From: an uncultured Spirochaetaceae bacterium
GTDB taxonomy: Bacteria > Spirochaetota > Spirochaetia > DSM-16054 > Sediminispirochaetaceae
Length of the DNA stretch: 64,000 nt
Direction: 5' to 3'
Assembly: GCA_964346455.1 (NCBI GenBank)
Contig: CAYFUX010000004.1
Location: forward strand, 44,959 to 108,958
Shown one piece after another: positions 45,416 through 54,464 of the stretch (position 1 is the stretch's first letter; each line of letters starts with the position of its first letter). Under the pieces are notes generated by a model. The model worked only from the letters and a program-made list of their open reading frames with translations, did not search any database and was not told the origin of the DNA. A program made the translations under genes and the position numbers.

Positions 45416-45463
45416 GTGCATTGAGTTGTTTCTCCTTTTTTTTCCGTTCGGTGATCTTTTCCG

Positions 45464-46279
45464 TTGGTGATGAATATGGAACTTGAATCCTTGATCCGCC
45501 TTGGCGCCTTTACCGGCGGCTTTCTCCTGTTTGCCGTATGGGAGATTTTGCATGCCAGGAGAGAACGACCAACCGGAAGAAAATTTCGCTGGCCCGGAAA
45601 TCTCGGAATTACGGTGGTAAATACGTTTGTCCTTCGTTTGCTGTTTTCCACGGCGGCAGTGGGGACGGCGGCGGCTGTTTACGGCGCCGGATATGGGGCG
45701 CTGGCCGTATACCCTCTTCCATACTGGCTGCAAATCGTCGGAACCGTGCTGTTTTTGGACTTTACCGTCTACATCCAGCACGTGCTGTTTCATATTCTTC
45801 CTCTGTTGAGACGAATACACAGAATGCACCATATAGAGCAGGAACTCGACGTCACTACCGGGCTGCGCTTTCATCCCTTTGAAATGGTGCTCTCCACCCT
45901 TTTGAAAATGGGGGCGGTCGCCGCCCTGGGTGCTCCTCCTCTGGGGGTGATGCTCTTCGAGGTTATCCTCAACTTCACTGCTATGTTCAATCACGCCAAT
46001 ATCTACTTTTCTCCCCGTATTGATGCTGTGTTTCGTCTGTTAGTTGTCACTCCCGATATGCACCGGGTGCATCACTCTGTCTACAGAGATGAACGCAACA
46101 GTAACTACGGCTTCAGCATACCATGGTGGGACAGGCTTCTTGGTACGTATCGCGCTCAGCCGAGAGGCGGCCATCTGGAGATGATGCTGGGGTATCCGGG
46201 TTTCGCTGGCCACAGGATAAACTCCTTTCCGCATTTGCTGCTGCACCCCTTCCAGAAGATGAAACAAAGCGCGCGGTGA
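45464..46279 (+). CDS. fatty acid hydroxylase/sterol desaturase superfamily membrane protein
   Basis: Three His boxes (HVLFH, HRMHH, HRVHH) in TM context. The start may be 45476. Confidence 0.85.
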   Translation: MVMNMELESLIRLGAFTGGFLLFAVWEILHARRERPTGRKFRWPGNLGITVVNTFVLRLLFSTAAVGTAAAVYGAGYGALAVYPLPYWLQIVGTVLFLDFTVYIQHVLFHILPLLRRIHRMHHIEQELDVTTGLRFHPFEMVLSTLLKMGAVAALGAPPLGVMLFEVILNFTAMFNHANIYFSPRIDAVFRLLVVTPDMHRVHHSVYRDERNSNYGFSIPWWDRLLGTYRAQPRGGHLEMMLGYPGFAGHRINSFPHLLLHPFQKMKQSAR

Positions 46280-46332
46280 GCGCAGTAGCTACTTCAGGAG
46301 CATTACGAGGGGGCTACGCTCACGGGGGTGTA

Positions 46333-46938
46333 TTAGAGCACGCGGCGGGCCCAGAGGAGCCGCTGTACTATGGTGAAGGCCGTGAGCAGAGCCATGATGC
46401 TGTAGAGCGGCACGATCCAATGAGGGAACACGAGAAAGATGGTGAAGAAAAGCATTGTCTCAGTGCCTTCTATTAGCCCTGATGGCATGCGGAGAGAGGT
46501 AGTGCGTGAGGCAGGCTCGCCGTGCTGACGTTTCTCCAAAAGTGCTGCAAGGTACATCCAGGAAGCGCCGTTGATGTAAAAGAGTGCAAGGAGAAAGGCG
46601 AGGGAGAGGAACTCGGCCTTCCCGCTGTGGGCGATGGCAATGCCGATTACCAGGGCCGCATAGACGATGAAGTCGAGCAGGATATCGAGATATCCCCCAA
46701 AGTCGCTCTGCCGACCGTAGGCGCGGGAAATTGCACCGTCGAGACCATCGAAAGCTCGATTGAAGAGCCACAGCACTAGGGCGGAGAAAAAAACACCCGT
46801 TGCTGCACAGACGGCAGCGGCGATACCAAGGAGAAAGCCCCCCACAGTGACTGTGTTAGGCGAAAATAACTTTCCCAGCAGGGAAGCAGGTTTGGCGAGT
46901 AACGCGTCCTTTAGTGGGCGAAGAAGGGGATCAATCAT
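46333..46938 (-). CDS. CDP-alcohol phosphatidyltransferase family protein
   Basis: DGLDGAISRAYGRQSDFGGYLDILLD fits D-G-x2-(A/S)-R-x8-G-x3-D-x3-D. Confidence 0.85.
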   Translation of the reverse strand: MIDPLLRPLKDALLAKPASLLGKLFSPNTVTVGGFLLGIAAAVCAATGVFFSALVLWLFNRAFDGLDGAISRAYGRQSDFGGYLDILLDFIVYAALVIGIAIAHSGKAEFLSLAFLLALFYINGASWMYLAALLEKRQHGEPASRTTSLRMPSGLIEGTETMLFFTIFLVFPHWIVPLYSIMALLTAFTIVQRLLWARRVL

Positions 46939-47662
46939 CTAAATCCTCCGAGTTTCTGGGGGATGTCTCGGATGAATGGGCCTTAGCGGCCCGTATTTTT
47001 TTGCTTACCACCGGCACAAGGCTAAGAAGGCCTAGAAGAATTAGGGATAGGAGAACTTCCGGGGAGAGGAGGCTCTCACCGGGTTCGATTTGTGCCCCGG
47101 TGTGCCCCAGGTAGGCGTAGACAAAGGAGCCGGGAATAATTCCGATCGCCGTTGTCCAGAGGAACGTAATTGCCGGGATGGTAGTGACTCCGGAAAACAG
47201 GTTGATCAGAAAAAAAGGAAAGATAGGAATCAGCCTGAGCGTCAGCAGGTAGTTGCGGCCGTTTTCCTCAATTTCTCGATTGAAGCGTGCGAGCCGTTGC
47301 CCATACTGCTGCTGGATCGTGATTCCGATCAAAAAACGGGCTGCCAAGAAGACCAGAAAGGCACCCGTGACGGCGCCGATGTTGATCAGCAGCACCCCGA
47401 CCCAGGGCCCGAAGAAAAAGCCGCCCAGCAGGGAGAGGACGGTTGCTCCCGGGATAGATAGCGAGACGGTGGTGATGTAGAGAAGTACATACACTACTGC
47501 GGCATAGAGAAAGCGTTCACGTATAAAGTCGATCAGGCGGTCGCGGTTTTCTGCGAGCCGGGCAGGGTCCAGCGCCTCTTGAGCGGGGGTAAAACGGTAG
47601 AGCAGAACACCTACTGCGGCGATTGCGGCAATTATGCCTAAGCGAATAATAATCTTCTTCAT
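46931..47662 (-). CDS. TVP38/TMEM64 (DedA-related) family membrane protein
   Basis: VSLSIPGATVLSLLGGFFFGPWVGVLL core motif. Start at ATG 47662. Overlaps the downstream CDP-alcohol transferase gene by 8 nt. Confidence 0.85.
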   Translation of the reverse strand: MKKIIIRLGIIAAIAAVGVLLYRFTPAQEALDPARLAENRDRLIDFIRERFLYAAVVYVLLYITTVSLSIPGATVLSLLGGFFFGPWVGVLLINIGAVTGAFLVFLAARFLIGITIQQQYGQRLARFNREIEENGRNYLLTLRLIPIFPFFLINLFSGVTTIPAITFLWTTAIGIIPGSFVYAYLGHTGAQIEPGESLLSPEVLLSLILLGLLSLVPVVSKKIRAAKAHSSETSPRNSEDLDD

Positions 47663-47780
47663 AGCCTTCCCTCTTGAAACATCGAAGAGTTCGCGGGGGA
47701 AGTCAATGAGCCTGAGACGAAACGGAGGAGCATGGGCAGAGCAGAGTGTAGAGGCTGAAACTTTTACTGAAAGTGTTGAT

Positions 47781-48208
47781 ATGAAGTGGAATGTAATTAT
47801 TCTCATAGTAGGTACGAGCGAGAAGGAGTGGGATGCGATCGAGCAGGCCGCAGAAGGCGGTACGGTTAATCTTTATATGTGGGGTGGGGAAGCCCGCGCT
47901 AATGCATGGTTTGACGGATATGTGTCCGAGATACTGAAGAAGCGCTATGATATCGAACTGCGGCTTCGGGCAAAATCCTCGATGGGCGTTACCCGGATAC
48001 TGTGCGAACCTTTGCGATGCAAGGGGGTTTTTTTTCCAATTATCACTTTCTCTCCATAGCCTTCAATGCTGCAAAGGTCCCGGAAGCACTTGTAACCGCC
48101 AAATTCCTACTCTCCCCCGAAGCGCAGTATTCGAAAAATTTACCGCAAAACTGGGGGGACCTTACGCAGAGTATCTTGAAATACGCTGGAAAGAGGAGAT
48201 CCTGTTAG
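47781..48208 (+). pseudogene. remnant of a YnjB-like ABC substrate-binding protein gene
   Basis: An N-terminal piece (EWDAIEQAAEGGTVNLYMWGGEARANAWFDGYVSEILKKRYDIEL) and a C-terminal piece (FLSIAFNAAKVPEALVTAKFLLSPEAQ) lie in different frames. Only about 140 codons remain of a family that is normally about 400 aa. Confidence 0.5.
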
Positions 48209-48255
48209 AGTGAAGCTGAATACAACGGAGAAACGTGATCAAAGGAGGGGCTGGA

Positions 48256-49695
48256 ATGAAACGGAGAGGGTATACGCACGATTGCATTGTCCTAGGGGGC
48301 GGTAGCGGGGGACTGACGGTGGCCGCAGGAGCGGCGCAGTTGGGGGTAAAGACAGCATTGGTAGAGGGCGAGCATATGGGGGGCGACTGCCTCTACTACG
48401 GCTGTGTTCCCAGTAAAACGCTTCTCAAGAGTGCGGAGATCGCTTCTGCCGCCGCTGCAGGCGGACGGTACGGGGTACGCACACAACAGGGGAAAGCTTC
48501 GGGGGCAGCAGCGATTATGAACCGAATTGCGGAGGTGATTGGCGACGTCGAACCCCACGACAGTCCGGATCGGTTTCGGGAGCTGGGAACGGAGGTGTTT
48601 TTGAACCGCGGCCGCTTTACCTCCCCCCATACGGTAGCCCTATCGCAGGGAGGCGAAATCTCCGCTCCGAAGATCGTTATCGCTACCGGCAGCAGCCCCC
48701 TTATTCCGCCCATAGAGGGCTTGCGGGAGACCGGTTACTTGACAAACCGGGATATCTTTTCTCTTCAGAAACTTCCTTCTTCCCTGGTGGTGCTGGGGGG
48801 AGGGGCGATCGGATGCGAGATGGGGCAGGCTTTTGCCCGCCTCGGGAGCAGAGTGACGCTGGTGGATATGCTCCCGCAGGTGCTGGGGGCGGAAGACGCC
48901 GATATGGCTGCTGTCCTGGAGGAGGCATTGGTGCGGGACGGGATAGAACTGCGTCTCGGAAGTACGGTGCGGGCGGTACGAAGTGAATCACGTGGTACGC
49001 GCGTAGTTATAGACCGGGAGGGCGTAGAGGAAGAGCTTCTCGGAGAGAAGATTCTTGTGGCCCTCGGACGGCGCGGTAATACGGATGAGCTGGGACTCGA
49101 TGCGGCGGGGGTAGAGCGGAACGGTAGCTTTATTCCAGTGGACTCCTCTTTACGGACGAATGTCCGTCACATCTATGCCTGTGGGGACGTGAATGGTAAG
49201 TATCTCTTTACCCACGCCGCCGGAGCGGAGGGTTCCTTTATCGTTCGTAAGGCGATGCTGCACCTTCCGGGAACTATGGACTATACGCATATGCCTAGGG
49301 CGACATACACTGCTCCGGAATTGGCCTCAGTCGGATTAAACGCGCGGGAGGCCGAGGAGCGGGGCATACGGTACCGAGTTCTGCGGGCCGATTTCTCCGA
49401 CAACGACAGAGCGTGTACGGAGGGGGTTGAAGAGGGGGGCATAAAAATCTTAATAGACCGCCGCGACCGCGTAATAGGAGTTCAAATAGCCGGAGCGCAT
49501 GCAGGGGAATTGCTAGGGATAGGGGTGCTGGCGGTTAAGGAGCGGTGGAAGATTTCCCGGCTTATGGCTCCGGTCTTCCCATACCCGACCCTGGCGGAAG
49601 TGTACCGTGAAGCGGTTTCGGATTATTTGGCACCTAAACTTTTTAATGAACGGGTGCGTGGGCTGCTGCGGATGCTCTTTGGCTATCGGGGATGA
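48256..49695 (+). CDS. FAD-dependent pyridine nucleotide-disulfide oxidoreductase (lipoamide dehydrogenase/mercuric reductase-like)
   Basis: FAD motif VLGGGSGG, redox disulfide GGDCLYYGCVPSK and NAD motif VVLGGGAIGCEMG. Start at ATG 48256 behind RBS AAAGGAGGGG. Confidence 0.9.
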   Translation: MKRRGYTHDCIVLGGGSGGLTVAAGAAQLGVKTALVEGEHMGGDCLYYGCVPSKTLLKSAEIASAAAAGGRYGVRTQQGKASGAAAIMNRIAEVIGDVEPHDSPDRFRELGTEVFLNRGRFTSPHTVALSQGGEISAPKIVIATGSSPLIPPIEGLRETGYLTNRDIFSLQKLPSSLVVLGGGAIGCEMGQAFARLGSRVTLVDMLPQVLGAEDADMAAVLEEALVRDGIELRLGSTVRAVRSESRGTRVVIDREGVEEELLGEKILVALGRRGNTDELGLDAAGVERNGSFIPVDSSLRTNVRHIYACGDVNGKYLFTHAAGAEGSFIVRKAMLHLPGTMDYTHMPRATYTAPELASVGLNAREAEERGIRYRVLRADFSDNDRACTEGVEEGGIKILIDRRDRVIGVQIAGAHAGELLGIGVLAVKERWKISRLMAPVFPYPTLAEVYREAVSDYLAPKLFNERVRGLLRMLFGYRG

Positions 49696-49699
49696 AGGG

Positions 49700-50705
49700 C
49701 ACGCAAACTGCGGGAATACTCGCGCTTGAGGAACAGCAACGGCTTCAATATATTTGCCATGGGCCCCGCCGGAGCAGGGAGAACATCTATTGTGCAGGAG
49801 TTTGTCGGGAAGCAGGCTACTTAAAAGCCGGTTCCTGACGATTGGTGTTATATCTTCAATTTTGACGAGCCCCATAAGCCGCGGGCGCTGCGGCTGCCTG
49901 CCGGAAAGGGCCGCATGTTTCGGGATGCGATGGACAAGCTCATCAAGAATCTGAAAGAGAATATACGTCAAGCCCCTGAGCGGGAGGATTTTGAGAAGGA
50001 ACGTAGCCGGTTGATGAACGAGATGCAGCGCCGTCAAAGAGAAGAGATGACCTAACTCGAAAAACAGGCCAGGGAGAGGGGCTTCACCATACAGCAGGGG
50101 CCCCGGGGCTTCGTCATTATGCCTCTCAAAGAGGACGGCCAGGGGTGGAAGCATTTTGACCGCGGCGGTACGGCGCGGATGATCGAGTACGGCAGCGAGC
50201 TGACACAGGATCAGAGTAAAATATCGACCCGCTTTGCCGATATCTGTGATTTGGCCAGGGAGGCCGATTATATCGCCAAACAGGAAGATGCCGCGGAGAT
50301 AGGCCGGGACCACGTCCAGCGGGCGGTAGATGCAAAGAAGTACCGTTCCAACCGGATCGAGGAGTTGATCCAGGAGATGATCACTCGGGGCGATATCTTC
50401 ATCGATACCTCCGGCACGGTAGCAGGCCAGGTGAACGGACTCTCCATCGCCCAGCTCGGCGATTACTCCTTCGGCCGTCCTTCCCGAATCACCGCCCGCA
50501 CGTATGTGGGCCGTGCGGGGGTGGTGAATATCGATCGCGAGGTCGTAATGTCCGGCCCCATTCATAATAAAGGGGGCATGATCCTCACCGGGCGACCAAA
50601 AAGATCGAAGGATTCTTCGATGTATGTAAAACGCTCGGCCTCACAGGCGATCAGGGAGTGATCCTTCACGCGGCTTGGGACATGTATTCACAGAAGAAGG
50701 AGTGA
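49700..50705 (+). pseudogene. decayed Lon-like AAA+ protease gene
   Basis: Recognisable segments lie in shifting frames. They include FNIFAMGPAGAGRTSIVQEFVGKQA, DDWCYIFNFDEPHKPRALRLPAGKGRMFRDAMDKLI (an in-frame TAA follows at EEMT*) and QVNGLSIAQLGDYSFGRPSRITARTYVGRAGVVNIDREVVMSGPIHNKG. The tail reads GLTGDQGVILHAAWDMY. Most of the ATPase body is absent. Confidence 0.6.
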
Positions 50706-50730
50706 GCCGTGTTCTCTTTACCTATAAAAG

Positions 50731-50767
50731 GGGCCCGCTTCCGGATCAGAATCCGAAAGCCGGGCCC
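50731..50767 (-). terminator. long imperfect hairpin, probable terminator of the minus-strand operon
   Basis: GGGCCCGCTTCCGGAT-caga-ATCCGAAAGCCGGGCCC. On the minus strand it is followed by CTTTTAT. Confidence 0.4.
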
Positions 50768-50820
50768 AAAGGAAAGTGTTGTATCGGCGGTGACCGTCCG
50801 CCGAAAGCACTTGGTTTTAT

Positions 50821-50869
50821 TAGCCGCTATTAATGGCTGAATGGCTGAATGGCTATTGAATAGCGGCTA
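50821..50869. repeat. 11-bp perfect inverted repeat enclosing a tandem 8-mer (AATGGCTG x about 3)
   Basis: TAGCCGCTATT ... AATAGCGGCTA with AATGGCTGAATGGCTGAATGGCT in the loop. Confidence 0.8.
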
Positions 50870-50929
50870 GTATGCTGCACTCGGTGTACGGAACCTTTTA
50901 CGCCCCCTGTATACGGCACAGAGGGGCCG

Positions 50930-52450
50930 TTAGTAAAGCCCCGTAAAGCCTCCGATGACGTAAATGGTCGCCGAAACGATGATGCTGGCCACGATGGTCA
51001 TGAAAACTCCTGCTAGGGCCATATCCTTGATGGAGAAGTAGCCGGCGGAGTAGGGGATGACGTTGGTAGGAGTGGAGGTGACCAGGATAAAGGCCATGCT
51101 GGTTGTCAGGGCCGCCGGCATGGTGATGGACATCGGCTCGATTCCCAAGTTCTGGGCCAGGGTAATCATAATCGGAATGATGATCGTGGCGGTGACGGTG
51201 TTGCTGGAGAAGGCGATTTTCAGGAAGCTGATGATCAGCACTACCAGAAATACCTGCAGAAACGGGTGGATTCCGCCTATGCCTCCCAAAAAGACTACCG
51301 AGAGCCAGCTCGCCGCACCGGTTTGGTAGAGCATCATGCCGATGGAGATTCCCGAGACGATCAAGAGGATGCTGCTCCAGGAGATCTCCTTCTCGATTTC
51401 GCTCCACTTTATCCCGCTTACTTTAGGGAAAAAGAAGACCGAGGCGGTCAGCAGTACCGGCATACTGATGGGTATGCTGATGCCCAGTATAGTCTCCCAG
51501 AGGGGAGTGGAGAGCCACAGGAACACGGTGGCCAGAAAGATGACGAACGTTACTTTTTCCTCCCGGCCCATTTTCGGAAGGTCGTGATACTCCTGCTGCA
51601 GCTCCTCTTTTGTTTTTTTCAGCCGCGGCATCTCCGGCCGGAAAAAGAGCATAATCATACCCCAACAGGGCACCAGTAGCAGTATGCCTGCCGGCACCCC
51701 GTACATCATCCAGCCGGTGAAGGAGAGTTCCACTCCGGCCATTTCTTTGAGAAAGCCGATGGCAAGCGGGTTGGGTCCGGCCCCGGAGGGGGCGGCAATC
51801 CCACCGATAATCGGCCCCCAGGCGGCGGCGATCATCAGCGCCTTGCCAAAGTTGCTCTTCATCGGCGTCACGCCCTCTTCTTTGAGAATGGAGACGCCCA
51901 GGGGCATCAGCATTGCCGCTACGGCGGTGTTGGTGATCCACATGGAGAGCAGCGCACCCACCGCCAGAAAGCCGAGAATAATCAGGCTGGTGCGGTTGCC
52001 GGTCTTGGAGAGCAGAAACACCGAGATGCGGTTGCCCAGCCCGGACATGGTAATAAAGGAACTGAGGGTCAGCACGCCGATAAAGAAAATGAATATGTGG
52101 TTGCCAAAACCGACGCGCACTACCTCCTGGAAACTCTCCACCCGCAGCAGTGCAAGGAGAAGGATACCCAGGAGCCCGGTGAAATGGAAGGGAATCGCCT
52201 CGGTCATCCAGAGAATCAAGGCGAAGAGCAGTACGCCCATAGCCGTTTGTCCCGCCGGGGTGAGGGTGGCGCTGCCGACGTTTCTGAAACTCTCGGGCAG
52301 GGGGAGGTTGGCTACTACCAGGGCCGCCGCAAAGGCGACGGCGAGAACTATCAACCGAACGGTAGCGGACGGAGAGTGGGAAGGAGAAGGGGGGGTGCTC
52401 CCCTCCGCCTCCCTGGATTCCTGCGCGGTTCGCTCGTCGCCGCCGCTCAT
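50930..52450 (-). CDS. DASS/SLC13-family anion (di-anion) transporter
   Basis: 506-aa polytopic protein with the two hairpin-tip motifs ITNTAVAAMLMP and SSNTVTATIIIPI. Overlaps the upstream gene by 4 nt. Confidence 0.85.
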   Translation of the reverse strand: MSGGDERTAQESREAEGSTPPSPSHSPSATVRLIVLAVAFAAALVVANLPLPESFRNVGSATLTPAGQTAMGVLLFALILWMTEAIPFHFTGLLGILLLALLRVESFQEVVRVGFGNHIFIFFIGVLTLSSFITMSGLGNRISVFLLSKTGNRTSLIILGFLAVGALLSMWITNTAVAAMLMPLGVSILKEEGVTPMKSNFGKALMIAAAWGPIIGGIAAPSGAGPNPLAIGFLKEMAGVELSFTGWMMYGVPAGILLLVPCWGMIMLFFRPEMPRLKKTKEELQQEYHDLPKMGREEKVTFVIFLATVFLWLSTPLWETILGISIPISMPVLLTASVFFFPKVSGIKWSEIEKEISWSSILLIVSGISIGMMLYQTGAASWLSVVFLGGIGGIHPFLQVFLVVLIISFLKIAFSSNTVTATIIIPIMITLAQNLGIEPMSITMPAALTTSMAFILVTSTPTNVIPYSAGYFSIKDMALAGVFMTIVASIIVSATIYVIGGFTGLY

Positions 52451-53343
52451 GCCGAACCTCCCTTGCCGGTTACATCCATGAGCAGTTCTCCCACGTACCG
52501 CGGCCGCGCCGCTACCTTGGCGCCCGCCGCCTCAAGAGCTTTCGCCTTCTCCTCAACGGTTCCGGTGCCACCGGTAACGATGGCCCCGGCGTGCCCCATC
52601 TTCTTGCCTGCAGGAGCGGTTCGCCCGCCCATGAAGGCGACGAGGGGTTTTGTGAAGCGGCCGGCTTCGATCTCCGCCGCAACCTCCTCCTCCATCGTCC
52701 CGCCGAGTTCGCCGATGATTACGACCGCCTCGGTCTCCGGGTCCTTCTCATAGAGCGGCAGCATCTCGGCAAAGCGGGTGCCGGGAACCGGGTCGCCGCC
52801 GACGCCGATCAGGGTAGAGACCCCGAAGCCGGCGGAGACCACCATACTGGTCACCTCGTTGGTGAGCGAGCCGCTGCGCGTCATCACGCCGATGGTCCCG
52901 GGGGTGTAGACGCGCTGTATCCAGTAGGGAAAGAAGCCCATCATCGCCTTGCCGGGGCTGATGACACCGCTGGTGTTGCCGCCGATCACCGCAGCGCCTG
53001 CCGCGCGGGCGGCCTTGCGGATCTGGAGCGCGTCGTGAACCGGTATGCCGTCGGCGACGGTGACGATCGTTTTTATGCCGCCGTCGAGGGCTTCGAAGAC
53101 GGCGTCCTTGGTGAAGCGGGGCGGGACAAAGAGCATTGCCGCATCCGCCGAATGCGCCGCTACCGCCCGCTCGACAGTATGATAGACGGGAATTTCTTCT
53201 ATCTCCTGACCTTCTTTGCCGGGGGTGACGCCGCAGACGATGTCGGTGCCCATCCCCTTCATATGGCTGGTCCAGTAGGCGCCCTCTTTGCCGGTGATGC
53301 CCTGAATCAGAACCTTGGTATGTTGATCGATTACGATGCTCAT
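52447..53343 (-). CDS. ADP-forming acyl-CoA ligase alpha subunit (SucD-like, divergent)
   Basis: SucD architecture with the phospho-His loop GHAGAIV and CoA-binding QGITGKEG. The usual GPNCPG reads GGNTSG. Confidence 0.85.
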   Translation of the reverse strand: MSIVIDQHTKVLIQGITGKEGAYWTSHMKGMGTDIVCGVTPGKEGQEIEEIPVYHTVERAVAAHSADAAMLFVPPRFTKDAVFEALDGGIKTIVTVADGIPVHDALQIRKAARAAGAAVIGGNTSGVISPGKAMMGFFPYWIQRVYTPGTIGVMTRSGSLTNEVTSMVVSAGFGVSTLIGVGGDPVPGTRFAEMLPLYEKDPETEAVVIIGELGGTMEEEVAAEIEAGRFTKPLVAFMGGRTAPAGKKMGHAGAIVTGGTGTVEEKAKALEAAGAKVAARPRYVGELLMDVTGKGGSA

Positions 53344-54464
53344 GCCGTGCCCCCTTTCGCAGCGGCTACCGCCTTGCGGACCGCCTCTTCGGTGTCGAAA
53401 ATCGGTTCCAGCCCGGCCCGCTTGAGGATCGTGATCGCCTCGTCTTCGTTGGTCCCGCGGATGCAGGTGACAATGGGACGGTCCGGCTGAAGCTTACCGA
53501 TCGCCTCGACAACCCCCTGAGCCATCACATCCGCCCGAGCGATCGTGCCAAAGGTGACGATCAGGATGACCTTGGAGGGGTTTTGCAGACACAGTTCCAT
53601 CGCGCGGACGGCGCGGCGATAGTTGGGCCCGCCGAACTCCAGATAATTGGCTACCGTTCCCCCCTCGTAGTTGATTAAATCGTAGACGGTGGTTGTCAGT
53701 CCCGCTCCGGCGCACATAAGGCCGATGTCGCCGTCAAACTGCAGATACGGAATCCCCTCCATAGCCGCCTCGTATTCGGTGTCGCTGTCAAAATAATCGC
53801 GGGTCCTCTCGAACTCTTTTTGTCGGAATCCGGCGTTGTCGTCGATCATCAGCTTGGCGTCGCCGGCCACCAGCGAGTCATCCCCGGTGAGAAAGAGGGG
53901 ATTGATCTCCACCAGTTCGGCGTCGTAGTCCTTAAAAACCCGGTAGAGGGAGAGGATAATCTTTGCCGCCGCCTTGGCCGCCTCGCCGGTGAGGCCCATG
54001 TCGTACGCCGCCGCCCGGGCGTGAAAGGGCTGGAGGCCGCGAAAAGGGTCGAAGCGTTTTTTTACGATCGCCTCCGGCTTTTCCCGGGCGAGGGTTTCGA
54101 TCTCTACGCCCCCCTCGCCGCAGGCGATCACCATGCCCTCTGCACGTTCCGGATCCACCGTGATGGAGAGGTAGAGCTCCCGTTTGATATCCACCGCCTC
54201 CTCAAACAGGATCTTGGGAATCCCTTCCGGACGGGCGAAGAGTTCCTGCGCCAGCTGACCGGCTTCCTCCCCGCTTTTCGCCAGCTTGATCAGTCCCGCC
54301 TTACCGCGGCCGCCGGCAAGGACCTGGCTTTTGACGGCACAGGGAGCGCCGACCTTTTCCGCTGCCGCGGCGACTTCTTCGGGGCTCGCCGCCAGTCCGC
54401 TTTTCGGAACCGGGATGCTATAGCGGGAGAACAGCTCCTTGGCTTGGTATTCGAAGAGCTTCAT
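53340..54464 (-). CDS. ADP-forming acyl-CoA ligase beta subunit (SucC-like, divergent)
   Basis: ATP-grasp N-terminus MKLFEYQAKELFSRY...GGRGKAG. The usual FGGIVRC loop reads FGTIARA. Confidence 0.85.
   Translation of the reverse strand: MKLFEYQAKELFSRYSIPVPKSGLAASPEEVAAAAEKVGAPCAVKSQVLAGGRGKAGLIKLAKSGEEAGQLAQELFARPEGIPKILFEEAVDIKRELYLSITVDPERAEGMVIACGEGGVEIETLAREKPEAIVKKRFDPFRGLQPFHARAAAYDMGLTGEAAKAAAKIILSLYRVFKDYDAELVEINPLFLTGDDSLVAGDAKLMIDDNAGFRQKEFERTRDYFDSDTEYEAAMEGIPYLQFDGDIGLMCAGAGLTTTVYDLINYEGGTVANYLEFGGPNYRRAVRAMELCLQNPSKVILIVTFGTIARADVMAQGVVEAIGKLQPDRPIVTCIRGTNEDEAITILKRAGLEPIFDTEEAVRKAVAAAKGGTA

Noticed and set aside
45416-45994. The remainder of the 222-aa minus-strand ORF 45326-45994
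   Set aside because: Only its last roughly 25 codons look like GGDEF. The rest is antisense to a His-box hydroxylase gene and is compositionally odd (Lys/Arg/Gln/His-rich).
49513-50565. 350-aa minus-strand ORF covering the Lon-like region
   Set aside because: It has no recognisable motifs, whereas plus-strand frames in the same interval carry clear, although broken, Lon-family segments. It is treated as a shadow of the pseudogene.
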